64,000 bases of DNA from an uncultured bacterium (GTDB lineage Bacteria; Verrucomicrobiota; Verrucomicrobiia; Verrucomicrobiales; DEV007): positions 414,560-478,559 of the forward strand of contig CAXBMO010000003.1 of the NCBI GenBank assembly GCA_963977015.1. The letters run 5' to 3'. The notes beneath the pieces are model-generated. The model saw nothing but the letters and a program-made list of their open reading frames with translations. It did not search any database and was not told the DNA's origin. The translations under genes were made by a program, and so were the position numbers. Of the stretch, positions 45,911 to 54,486 are shown piece by piece (the stretch's first letter is position 1; every line of letters starts with the position of its first letter).

Positions 45911-47809
45911 TTAACCGCCAGCGGCGGCAGCTTCTCCGGTTGAGCCTGACCTTCTCGTCAATTTCTGCCAGAGATAGTCCAACTCCGTCGCCAGAAACGC
46001 ATAGACTTCCCGCTGAGAAAACACACTCTCCGCCTGACCCTGCAGAGCGATCAATTCCTCTGCCGCATAGAGGCCGGACAAAACCTCGTTATCGATTTCG
46101 ATGACATCCAGAATCGGCGTCTCCGTCATGCCGGAATTGGGATTCCACAAGTCCCCGTTCAATTGAAAAGGCTGGCCGTTCGGTGAAAGGATTGCCAGTT
46201 TCACCCAGCTTTGCGCGCTTTCATTCTGGGCTCGCTTGACCGCCAGTTCGCCCAATTCGCTCCAAAACTCGCGGTGCGCGCTGGAGGCAAAACCAATCAG
46301 AATCTCCCGCCCTTCCACTTCCCAACTTAATGAGCCACAATTCGAGTTTTGCCCCAGCCGTAGCTCGGTCTGCGAAATCAGATCAAAGTTTGCTCCGATC
46401 TGTTTCACGACTTCGAAAACCCGGACCGGCTCATAGGCTAACTCGTCCTGCTCAGCAGATCGAGCACGAATCTCCTGGAAGGTTTTTGCCAATGATGGAG
46501 CTTCATCTGGTTGAAGCAAAAACGAGTCCGGCTCATGCCTGACCCGCTGGATTCCCTGCTGACGAAGTGACTCCGCCAGGGCGGCCAGTTTCTCAGATGG
46601 CGACAAACTCTTCGTACTGCTCTTCTCGCTGGCAACCGGCTCCGCAGGAAACGGAACGGTCTTTTCCTGAAGTTGCGGATCGGAGATCACGCTACGGTCA
46701 AACTTCTCCCAACACCTTCTTGCGAATCGAATGATCGTCCGCGGAGTGAACGAATTGGCCTGGACCGAAGCCGTCAACGCTCTCAGGTTGACCAGATTGA
46801 GAAACGCGTTGGCTTCATGGTCTTCCAACCCTTGATCAGCGATCCTCGATAACACCAAATGTTCCGCCTCCGGCAAGTTGAGCGGTTCCAACTCAATGGT
46901 TTCCGCCGATAGCCGATCCGAAAGTGCCGTTGGAACATTCTGAAGAAAAAGCTCGTTCCACGTATCACGATTCACCGAAAGAATCGTAACGCTCTGCGGA
47001 ATGAAATCGGCAACCGAGTTGACGATGTGCGCGAGTTTTCGGCCGGATCCGTGCTCGCTTTCCAGACTATCCAAATGGTCGATCAGGAACAGGAGTGGAG
47101 TCTCGAGCGATGCAAGTTTCCCCAGCGCCATGAAATGTTGTTGCGCCTCGAGTTCCGACTCGCAGGGCAACAGGCTTGGTTTGCAGAAATTCTGGTCGAA
47201 CAGGAATCTCGCCCACTGCTTCAAGACGGAACACTCCAACCCCAAGCGATTTGAGTAGGCCTCGGCGATGTCGTCCAGTAGTCCCTCGAAACGCGGAACA
47301 AACCAAGCTGCCACGCTGATTCCGGATTCCGGGTCGGGATCAAAAACCAAAAATGCGCTATCCCGAAGCAATTCCTCACAAATCTCCTCATCCCGGTTGA
47401 ACACCGTGCCATTCCGGATTCCGAACTGGAGAAAATCGGCAAAAAACCGACGCGCCACACCGATCATCAAGGGTGCCGATTCCCCATCATAAATTTTCTG
47501 CGTCTGCCGAAAGTACCGGATCAAATCCGCACTGAGGCGTTTCCAGGAAAACGAGAGTTCCGGGCGAAAAAGGAGGGGCGCGACAATTGCTTCCGATTCC
47601 ACACTCCGTTGAAGTCTCGCCAAGAGGTGCGTCTTTCCATACCCCGCCCGCGGTGCGAAGAGCGTGAGGTTTCTTCCCCGGACCGGACCGTTATCCGAGT
47701 GCGAACGGACGGCGTTTGCCAACGCATCGAACGCTTTATGATGGATCTCCTCGATATCGACTGAGTTCGCTCGATAAACGTCACTCAGGAAAGGGTCATT
47801 TGAACTCAT
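45911..47809 (-). CDS. Hypothetical P-loop (AAA+-like) NTPase
   Basis: Walker A APRAGYGKTH; Walker B LLFLIDHLD; ALSDRL; TPRTII. Confidence 0.7.
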   Translation of the reverse strand: MSSNDPFLSDVYRANSVDIEEIHHKAFDALANAVRSHSDNGPVRGRNLTLFAPRAGYGKTHLLARLQRSVESEAIVAPLLFRPELSFSWKRLSADLIRYFRQTQKIYDGESAPLMIGVARRFFADFLQFGIRNGTVFNRDEEICEELLRDSAFLVFDPDPESGISVAAWFVPRFEGLLDDIAEAYSNRLGLECSVLKQWARFLFDQNFCKPSLLPCESELEAQQHFMALGKLASLETPLLFLIDHLDSLESEHGSGRKLAHIVNSVADFIPQSVTILSVNRDTWNELFLQNVPTALSDRLSAETIELEPLNLPEAEHLVLSRIADQGLEDHEANAFLNLVNLRALTASVQANSFTPRTIIRFARRCWEKFDRSVISDPQLQEKTVPFPAEPVASEKSSTKSLSPSEKLAALAESLRQQGIQRVRHEPDSFLLQPDEAPSLAKTFQEIRARSAEQDELAYEPVRVFEVVKQIGANFDLISQTELRLGQNSNCGSLSWEVEGREILIGFASSAHREFWSELGELAVKRAQNESAQSWVKLAILSPNGQPFQLNGDLWNPNSGMTETPILDVIEIDNEVLSGLYAAEELIALQGQAESVFSQREVYAFLATELDYLWQKLTRRSGSTGEAAAAGG

Positions 47810-47966
47810 GAACTAAATTATCGTAAATTTTTCTCCCAACTGACGTTCGGAATCAGAAACCGGCAGCGCGGGTTTTATGGGAATGTTTGGTTTTCGAAGA
47901 TGCGCGGCTCGCTTTTTCGGTCAATGCTGGAATGTTACAGAAACTAGCTGGAATACCTCTCAGAAC

Positions 47967-48497
47967 ATGGACTTTTTCGTAAGCATCATCAAAGCCCCGT
48001 TTACCTGGGGACTCCTCTTGGGACTTCTTTTCTTCGGAATGGCTCTCTGGAACCTGTGGAAAACCAAACTGGAGTTTTCGCGTTATCGCAAACATCTCAG
48101 TGATAAACTTGAGCTTGAGGCAGACCAACTCACTCAAATCAAGGAATCGAAAGAAAAGTTGGCCAAAGAGAACGAAAACCTTCGGATCAAGGTCGGCAGC
48201 ACGAAAGATAACCCAGCACGAGAATACGAGCGGGAACTGGAGATTTTTGCCCGCGCCGAGAAAGCGATGATTTTGAATGCCCCGGGGTTTGCCCAAGCGT
48301 GGGAATCCGCAAAATCGGTGGCGATGGACGAGGTTCTCGAAGAGGAGCGAGGCAAAAGTCTGCCCCGCCGCATTTTCAGGAAGTTTCTAAAAGGAGGCTC
48401 TGCCGTCAAGGACACGAGCGGTGAGATGATTTCCGAAGATTCGTCGTTTAGTCAGGATCGCCCCCCTCAGGAAGAGGCGTCAGCAACGGCTTCCTGA
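47967..48497 (+). CDS. Single-TM coiled-coil hypothetical protein
   Basis: N-terminal TM (FTWGLLLGLLFFG), short coiled coil and APGFAQAWE. Confidence 0.75.
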   Translation: MDFFVSIIKAPFTWGLLLGLLFFGMALWNLWKTKLEFSRYRKHLSDKLELEADQLTQIKESKEKLAKENENLRIKVGSTKDNPAREYERELEIFARAEKAMILNAPGFAQAWESAKSVAMDEVLEEERGKSLPRRIFRKFLKGGSAVKDTSGEMISEDSSFSQDRPPQEEASATAS

Positions 48498-48567
48498 GGC
48501 CAACGCAGTCCTGACGGAGCCAAAAGCGCCACTTGACTCAGTCCTAGGCTGGGGTTGTTTGCGGCCC

Positions 48568-49158
48568 ATGACTCTAGACATCCCAGATCGGCAATTCGCC
48601 GGGCACATTTTTGACTGTGACGGAACGGTTGTTGATTCGATGCCGCTTCACTACCGGGCGTGGGTCTCCGCGCTTGAAGCCCATGACGCGCCCTTCGAGT
48701 TTTCAGAAGACTATTTCTACGCCTCTGCCGGAATTGCCGAGGCAGACGTGACCCGCAATCTCAATGCCGAACACGGAAGCTCCCTGGATCCGGAAGAGGT
48801 TGTGCGAACCAAGCAGGAATGGTTCATCACCCACATGCGTGAGCTGAAATCGGTTCCTGCGATCGAACATATCGTTCGCAATCTGGCAATGCAGAAGGCT
48901 CCCATGTCGATCGCGTCAGGCAGCGAGTTACTCATCGTTAAACCCGAGTTGGAGATCGTAGGTCTTTTGGATTTTTTTCCCATTATCGTGACACCAGAAT
49001 TGGTCGACCGCGGAAAGCCCGCCCCTGACATGTTTCTTCTGGCCGCTGAACAAATGGACGTTGCTCCGCAGGACTGCCTGGTCTTTGAAGATGGACAGTC
49101 CGGTCTCGATGCCGCCAAGGCCGCCGGAATGGAAGCCGTCTTCGTTCCAAGGACCTAA
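48568..49158 (+). CDS. HAD-superfamily phosphatase (YqaB/beta-PGM-like)
   Basis: FDCDGTVVDS, GKPAPD and VFEDG...AAGM. Confidence 0.92.
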   Translation: MTLDIPDRQFAGHIFDCDGTVVDSMPLHYRAWVSALEAHDAPFEFSEDYFYASAGIAEADVTRNLNAEHGSSLDPEEVVRTKQEWFITHMRELKSVPAIEHIVRNLAMQKAPMSIASGSELLIVKPELEIVGLLDFFPIIVTPELVDRGKPAPDMFLLAAEQMDVAPQDCLVFEDGQSGLDAAKAAGMEAVFVPRT

Positions 49159-49288
49159 TCGCGTCCACATGAACGGGATTTCTGTTAGGAAAAGTGCGGA
49201 CAAGCGTTTGTAATTTGAATATTTTTCAGTTCTCTAACCCTAAATCAAAGATAGTTCTCTTCTCCTCGTTCACCTTAGATCCATCTCT

Positions 49289-49690
49289 ATGAAAAACTTC
49301 ACCCTCAGAAAACTCCTCAACGGCGGTGTCTGTGCCGTTGCAATTATTGCTTTTAGTACCACCAGTTGCGAAACCAATGCCAAGACGGGCGCCCTTGCCG
49401 GAGCTGCCGCAGGGGCCGCAATTGGAGCGGCACGAGGTGGAGATGGCTCGGTTTGGAAGGGCGCGGCCGCTGGAGCTGCGGTGGGAGCAGCTGCTGGATA
49501 CGCCATCAAAGCTCGTCGTTACAAAAACACCGGAGGCGAGCCCTCCAGTTCCTACCCATACGCGAAGTCAACCAGTGACCCGAACGTGGTCGCGAGTCCC
49601 TATGGAGGACACAAAGTTGACGTAAAAGGTTTTTCCAGCGGAGAGCTGGCAATCGACCCCAAAACCGACAAGATTTTTCGCGTTCCTTGA
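49289..49690 (+). CDS. Glycine-zipper lipoprotein (paralog 1)
   Basis: Lipobox-like TTSC; GAxxGAxxG zipper; C-terminal SPY...DVKGFSSGELAIDP.T..FRVP. Confidence 0.8.
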   Translation: MKNFTLRKLLNGGVCAVAIIAFSTTSCETNAKTGALAGAAAGAAIGAARGGDGSVWKGAAAGAAVGAAAGYAIKARRYKNTGGEPSSSYPYAKSTSDPNVVASPYGGHKVDVKGFSSGELAIDPKTDKIFRVP

Positions 49691-49755
49691 TGCCATCCTG
49701 AATTTTTTCGAAATTTGAGGCGCAAGTTTCAGGTTTCGCCGCGTCCAAAAGGACC

Positions 49756-50184
49756 ATGATTCCCCATTCTATTTCTCGCAGCCTCCGTGTTGTCGGCTCT
49801 CTAGGCGCCGTTCTCCTCATTGCCCTTTCCAGCTCCAGTTGCACTGACATGCAGCCAAATGCCGCAACCGGAGCCGTTGCGGGGGCCATCATCGGCGGGA
49901 TTATTGGCGGGACAGCCGGTAACAACAGCGATGATCTTTACAAGGGAGCCATTATTGGAGCTGCAGCCGGAGCCGCCGCTGGAGGACTCATCAAGGCGAA
50001 GCGCTACAAAGGAACTGGTGGTTCTCCCTACGGGGATCAAAGCTACCCGACCGGTCGGCGAACCAACGACCCGGATTTCGTCCAAAGCCCCTACCCTCCC
50101 AACAACGTGATTGACGTAAAGGGATTTCGAAGCGGCGAACTGGCAATTGATCCCACGACCAATCAAGTCTTTCGGGTTCCCTAA
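49756..50184 (+). CDS. Glycine-zipper lipoprotein (paralog 2)
   Basis: Lipobox-like SSSC; glycine zipper; C-terminal SPY...DVKGFRSGELAIDP.T..FRVP. Confidence 0.8.
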   Translation: MIPHSISRSLRVVGSLGAVLLIALSSSSCTDMQPNAATGAVAGAIIGGIIGGTAGNNSDDLYKGAIIGAAAGAAAGGLIKAKRYKGTGGSPYGDQSYPTGRRTNDPDFVQSPYPPNNVIDVKGFRSGELAIDPTTNQVFRVP

Positions 50185-50212
50185 AGACCAGCAAGGCTAC
50201 CAAATTTGAATC

Positions 50213-50244
50213 GACCGCTCCAGGAACTGGAGCGGTCTTTTTTT
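50213..50244 (+). terminator. Rho-independent terminator
   Basis: GACCGCTCCAG-GAA-CTGGAGCGGTC followed by seven T. Confidence 0.9.
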
Positions 50245-50294
50245 GGTCAGTAAGCTTGCGACGCCCTATCCAACTCGGGTAATCTGGTAGAAAA

Positions 50295-51485
50295 ATGATA
50301 AACCCCTTCTTCTTTCTGCGGTCACGTTTTCGGGCTCGCACTGCGGCTATCGTTTCACTTCTTGCCATCATGTCAGGATCTATTCCAACTGAGAACTCTT
50401 TTGCCTCTGGATCAATCACTTGGAAACCGTTCGGCAAGGTGGATGACCAAGATGTGAAACTCTACACCCTCACGAATAGCAACGGAGTCAGCGTTTCGAT
50501 CACGAACTACGGCGGGATTGTAACTTCGATTCTCGTCCCCGATCAAAACGGGATACTGGGCGATGTTGTCCTTGGCTATCATTCCGTCGAGGAATATGTG
50601 GCTGGAAGTCCCTACTTTGGCTGCATCACGGGACGTTACGCCAACCGGATTGCGAACGGAAAGTTCTCGATCGATGGAAAGGAATACCAACTCGCGATTA
50701 ACAACCCTCCGAATCATCTGCACGGAGGAGAAAAGGGGTTCGACAAACAGATTTGGGAAGCCCGAGCCGTGGCAGGCAAGGAACGCAGTTCCGTGATTTT
50801 GACGCACACCAGTCCCGATGGCGACGAGGGATATCCGGGAAACTTGAAGATGCGAGTCATCTATACGCTCACTCACCAGAATGCTTTACGAATCCAATAC
50901 TATGCAGAATCCGACAAGAAGACCGTTGTCAATCTCACCAACCACACCTACTTCAATTTGGCAGGGGAAGGCAGCGGCGACATCCTGAAGCACAGGATGA
51001 GGATCGTTGCGGGCCGATACACCCCAGTTGATGAAAACCTCATTCCCACGGGCATCGCGCTTCTCGATGGCACTCCATTGGATTTTCGGAAAGCGACGCC
51101 AATCGGCAAGCGGATTGGAGAAGATCACGATCACCTGAAATTCGGTCTGGGCTATGACCACAATTACGTGGTTGGTGACGCACGACAAGAAACGCCCAGT
51201 TTGGTCGCAGTCGTCACGGAACCCAACTCCGGCAGAATGCTCAAAGTTTTTACCACGGAACCCGGCCTCCAGTTCTATAGCGGAAACTTTCTTGATGGTA
51301 GCAATGTCGGGAAGAGCGGCAAAGCTTACGAATACCGGAACGGCTTTTGCCTCGAGGCGCAGATCTTTCCAGACTCTCCGAATCACGAGAACAAAGGTGA
51401 AGGCTATACGACGGCTATTCTGAAGCCTGGAAAGACTTACACGCAAACGACCGTCTACAGGTTTGACGTTGTTAAACCCAAGTAG
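50295..51485 (+). CDS. galM: Aldose 1-epimerase, probably exported
   Basis: GRYANRI, HLHGG, GYPG, NLTNHTYFNL, GYDHN, QFYSGNFL and FCLE; signal-like N-terminus. Confidence 0.95.
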   Translation: MINPFFFLRSRFRARTAAIVSLLAIMSGSIPTENSFASGSITWKPFGKVDDQDVKLYTLTNSNGVSVSITNYGGIVTSILVPDQNGILGDVVLGYHSVEEYVAGSPYFGCITGRYANRIANGKFSIDGKEYQLAINNPPNHLHGGEKGFDKQIWEARAVAGKERSSVILTHTSPDGDEGYPGNLKMRVIYTLTHQNALRIQYYAESDKKTVVNLTNHTYFNLAGEGSGDILKHRMRIVAGRYTPVDENLIPTGIALLDGTPLDFRKATPIGKRIGEDHDHLKFGLGYDHNYVVGDARQETPSLVAVVTEPNSGRMLKVFTTEPGLQFYSGNFLDGSNVGKSGKAYEYRNGFCLEAQIFPDSPNHENKGEGYTTAILKPGKTYTQTTVYRFDVVKPK

Positions 51486-51494
51486 TGTCGGTCC

Positions 51495-52439
51495 TTAGTC
51501 GGAAAACTCAATGCCCAGGCTCCGGCACCAGTTGATCGCTTCCTCATTGCCGGAAAGCGCGGCCTTCCGATACCAAAGTTCTGCATCAGCAGACTTTGGA
51601 TTCCGCTGGTAAAGCCAACCAGCGAGTCTGGCCATGGAATCAACATGCCCGCGTGCCGCAGCCGCTCTCATCCAGACCGCATCCTCGGGCATCTCCTCAG
51701 CCCCCCGGAAAACAAGGTTCATGGTTTCCTGATCAAATCCCCGCTCTGCAAGGATGGCGATGATTTCCTGATCATGAACGGTCGGTGCCTTGCTGGAATC
51801 GAGCCACGCCTTCAGGACAAATTGAATCTCCTGTTTCAACGTATCCTGGGCATTGGGAAATTTTCGTTCCAAACTGAAAAGATAACGGACGGAGTCTCCA
51901 AACTGGCTGTAGTCCAGCAGAGCCTCAATCGGGTCCAGTTGCCTTTTTAACTCAAGCGATGAGACGCTTTTCTGCTCCACCATCGCGGTGGACGAAACCG
52001 GATCTTCGACACCAGCCTCCATTTTGGCGATTACTTCAGTGACGTCCGCTGGTTGCGGAGCTTTTTGTTCCAAATCAGCAAGAGCAACTGCCGCTGTTTC
52101 ACTTTTCGGGACCGAGGTTGCCCCCGCCTCAGCACTTGGGTTTGGCGGGAGTTCAGCGACTTCCGGCGCACCAGATTCGGATCGACTGAGAACAAAAATG
52201 AGATAACAAACCGCCAGCAACAAAACCGCCAATGCCAACATCATCCCAACGGAACTTCCCCGATTGGAGGCGGGTTCAGGCTTCGCGAACTCAACCTTGA
52301 AAGTTGGATCGCTACGGTCGAGTTCGTTTTCTTCGCCAGCCTTCCGGTTCCGTGGAGCTTTCAACGTGCGGAGGGGCTCTCCATCGACATTCGCGGGAGT
52401 TTCCTTCTCAGCCAGGTGACGGTTTTTACCGGAAGCCAT
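51495..52439 (-). CDS. Single-TM protein with C-terminal Sel1-like repeats
   Basis: One TM; WMRAAAARGHVDSMARL and WYRKAALSGNEEA. Confidence 0.7.
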   Translation of the reverse strand: MASGKNRHLAEKETPANVDGEPLRTLKAPRNRKAGEENELDRSDPTFKVEFAKPEPASNRGSSVGMMLALAVLLLAVCYLIFVLSRSESGAPEVAELPPNPSAEAGATSVPKSETAAVALADLEQKAPQPADVTEVIAKMEAGVEDPVSSTAMVEQKSVSSLELKRQLDPIEALLDYSQFGDSVRYLFSLERKFPNAQDTLKQEIQFVLKAWLDSSKAPTVHDQEIIAILAERGFDQETMNLVFRGAEEMPEDAVWMRAAAARGHVDSMARLAGWLYQRNPKSADAELWYRKAALSGNEEAINWCRSLGIEFSD

Positions 52440-52534
52440 TTTCTTTAATGATAGAAAGGAGACGCCAATAATTCAATGCCTCGTTTTGCGTTATCTTATG
52501 TTTCTTCCAGTTAATTTGACCTAAATCTGATAAT

Positions 52535-53734
52535 TCACAGATTTCGATTCACCATCTCGCCCGCCTTCTTTTGACGAAACCACGCAAGGGCCTCCCGGTC
52601 GCCATGCGCCGCTGCTTTCTCATACCAGAAGCGCGCGCCTTCTGGATCAGTTTCCACTCCGATTCCATTCTCTGCACACTTTGCAAATGCCACCATGCAT
52701 GGAACGGATCCGCTTCTGGCTCCGGCGAGGAACACTTCCGCACCTGCCGCCGGATTTTTGCTGAAACCGATGCCTTCCACATAACAGGAGCCGAGAAGGA
52801 AGCGGGCCTCCAGATCGCCTGCCGCTACAGCACTTTGGAACCATTCCGCAGCCAAGACCTCTTCCGGCTCCACCCCCAACCCATCGCGATAACAGATCCC
52901 AAGAAGCGTCATCGCTTTGGCATGCTGATGCGAAGCTGCCATATCGAGAAAGCGCACAGCCTGGGGTTCCGTCACGCTAATCCCATTTCCATAGAGACAG
53001 CATTCCCCAAAGCGATACATCGCCTCGACGGAGCCCATCAACGCACCTTGATAGAACCAATTCGCCGCCAATTCGAGATTCCCCTCTCTGGATTCTCGAA
53101 CGGCCTGAGCCAGGATTGAATCCAGGTGACCAGCCTCTGCCGCCAGCTTCGTTTGATTCGGAAGCCCCGTCGAACCTTGGCACGCCCGAAGCATCAAGGT
53201 GCGAGCGTCAATATTTCCTTCAATTGCCATCCTTTCCAGCAACCCGACCTCATTCCAAGCCGGCTTCTGTTGCGATTCATTCCAGCGGTGCAGGACATCA
53301 CGAACGGATCCCAAAGAATCGCCCGTCAACTGCAATGAGAGTTCCAGGGCCTGAGCATACTCCTGATTGCGACAATGGTCTTCAATCGGGCTCGTCTCCT
53401 GATCGTCAACCTTTTCGTCCCGGAGTAAGGTCAGAACCAAATGGTTCTCTTTTTCCTCCTCGATGGAAGCTTCTGGTGTGAGAAAAGCCAGCGAGGCAAA
53501 GTAGGCGCAGGCGAGACAAAGCAAAAATCCAATACTCAGAATCGTCGACCGAGGAGGGAGCTCATCGTGCTGATCCGCACCCTGTTCGACAAAAACGGGA
53601 CGACTCGCTTCCGAATTCAACTCTCTGAAGCCTGAGGCACTGCGCGACGGGCCCAAAATCACGCCCAAAAGACGGTCGAGAGCTCGATAAAAGATGTGGG
53701 ACAGGTTTCTCAAAAGCAAAATCTCCGTGACCAA
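52535..53734 (-). CDS. Single-TM Sel1-repeat protein
   Basis: Several A...LG.CY..G.GV......A..W...AA..G repeats. Start uncertain. Confidence 0.85.
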   Translation of the reverse strand: MVTEILLLRNLSHIFYRALDRLLGVILGPSRSASGFRELNSEASRPVFVEQGADQHDELPPRSTILSIGFLLCLACAYFASLAFLTPEASIEEEKENHLVLTLLRDEKVDDQETSPIEDHCRNQEYAQALELSLQLTGDSLGSVRDVLHRWNESQQKPAWNEVGLLERMAIEGNIDARTLMLRACQGSTGLPNQTKLAAEAGHLDSILAQAVRESREGNLELAANWFYQGALMGSVEAMYRFGECCLYGNGISVTEPQAVRFLDMAASHQHAKAMTLLGICYRDGLGVEPEEVLAAEWFQSAVAAGDLEARFLLGSCYVEGIGFSKNPAAGAEVFLAGARSGSVPCMVAFAKCAENGIGVETDPEGARFWYEKAAAHGDREALAWFRQKKAGEMVNRNL

Positions 53735-53843
53735 CCTCTGAGGCGAGGCTGATTTGCGTAGATTTTATAGTAATCACGGAATTAATCAAATTTCGCGACT
53801 CTATTTTGAGAAACTTCTCTATTTTGACTCCTGCCTATCCTCT

Positions 53844-54338
53844 CTAATTCCAAGGCATATCACCGACAAAGTGCTCGGTAATTCGGGTAAGAGCCCGTTG
53901 CCGATGGCAGGTTTCCGGGCGCTCCACCGCCTTCAAATACCCGTTCAATGCCGAGCGCATGCCGCGCAACAACTGGTAGGGATCATCGCTGGCCTCATCC
54001 TGATCCACGAAGTCCCAGTCCCAGGTTCCCTGCATTTCTTCCAACAAATCACGACAGGCCCGGCTTCCGAGAATCACGGTTGGGATCCCGGTGCTTCCGA
54101 CCAAACTAAGACCGTCTCGAGTGGGCTCCGGCATGGGATCTTGATGTGTCTCGGAGCGATCACCAAGTGAGACGATTGCCAGATCATGGTAATCCTGCTT
54201 CAACGTCGCCTCGCCACCCTCGACCCAGTCACAACAATAGGGAATCCCGGACTCCTCCAATATTAAGGTTAGCTTTCGTCGATCCCTTCCAACGCAGAGA
54301 ATCGTGATCATGTCGCCATCTACAGTCTTCGGTTTCAT
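53844..54338 (-). CDS. Degenerate (pseudo-)receiver-domain protein
   Basis: TILCVG, DLAIVSL, P..DGL.L, IPTVILG and DFV occur in receiver order; the phospho-Asp and conserved Lys are absent. Confidence 0.5.
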   Translation of the reverse strand: MKPKTVDGDMITILCVGRDRRKLTLILEESGIPYCCDWVEGGEATLKQDYHDLAIVSLGDRSETHQDPMPEPTRDGLSLVGSTGIPTVILGSRACRDLLEEMQGTWDWDFVDQDEASDDPYQLLRGMRSALNGYLKAVERPETCHRQRALTRITEHFVGDMPWN

Positions 54339-54486
54339 TGCTATTTCACTAGATAAGGGCACCCGGAATGAATGACCTTAAGGATGATAGAAAAATCGCG
54401 AATGCCGGTCAAAACAATTCCATGTTTCGACCCGAGTGATGGCGCTCCCCACCCATCAATGCTCCTCAAGATTCTGACCGGAAGAC

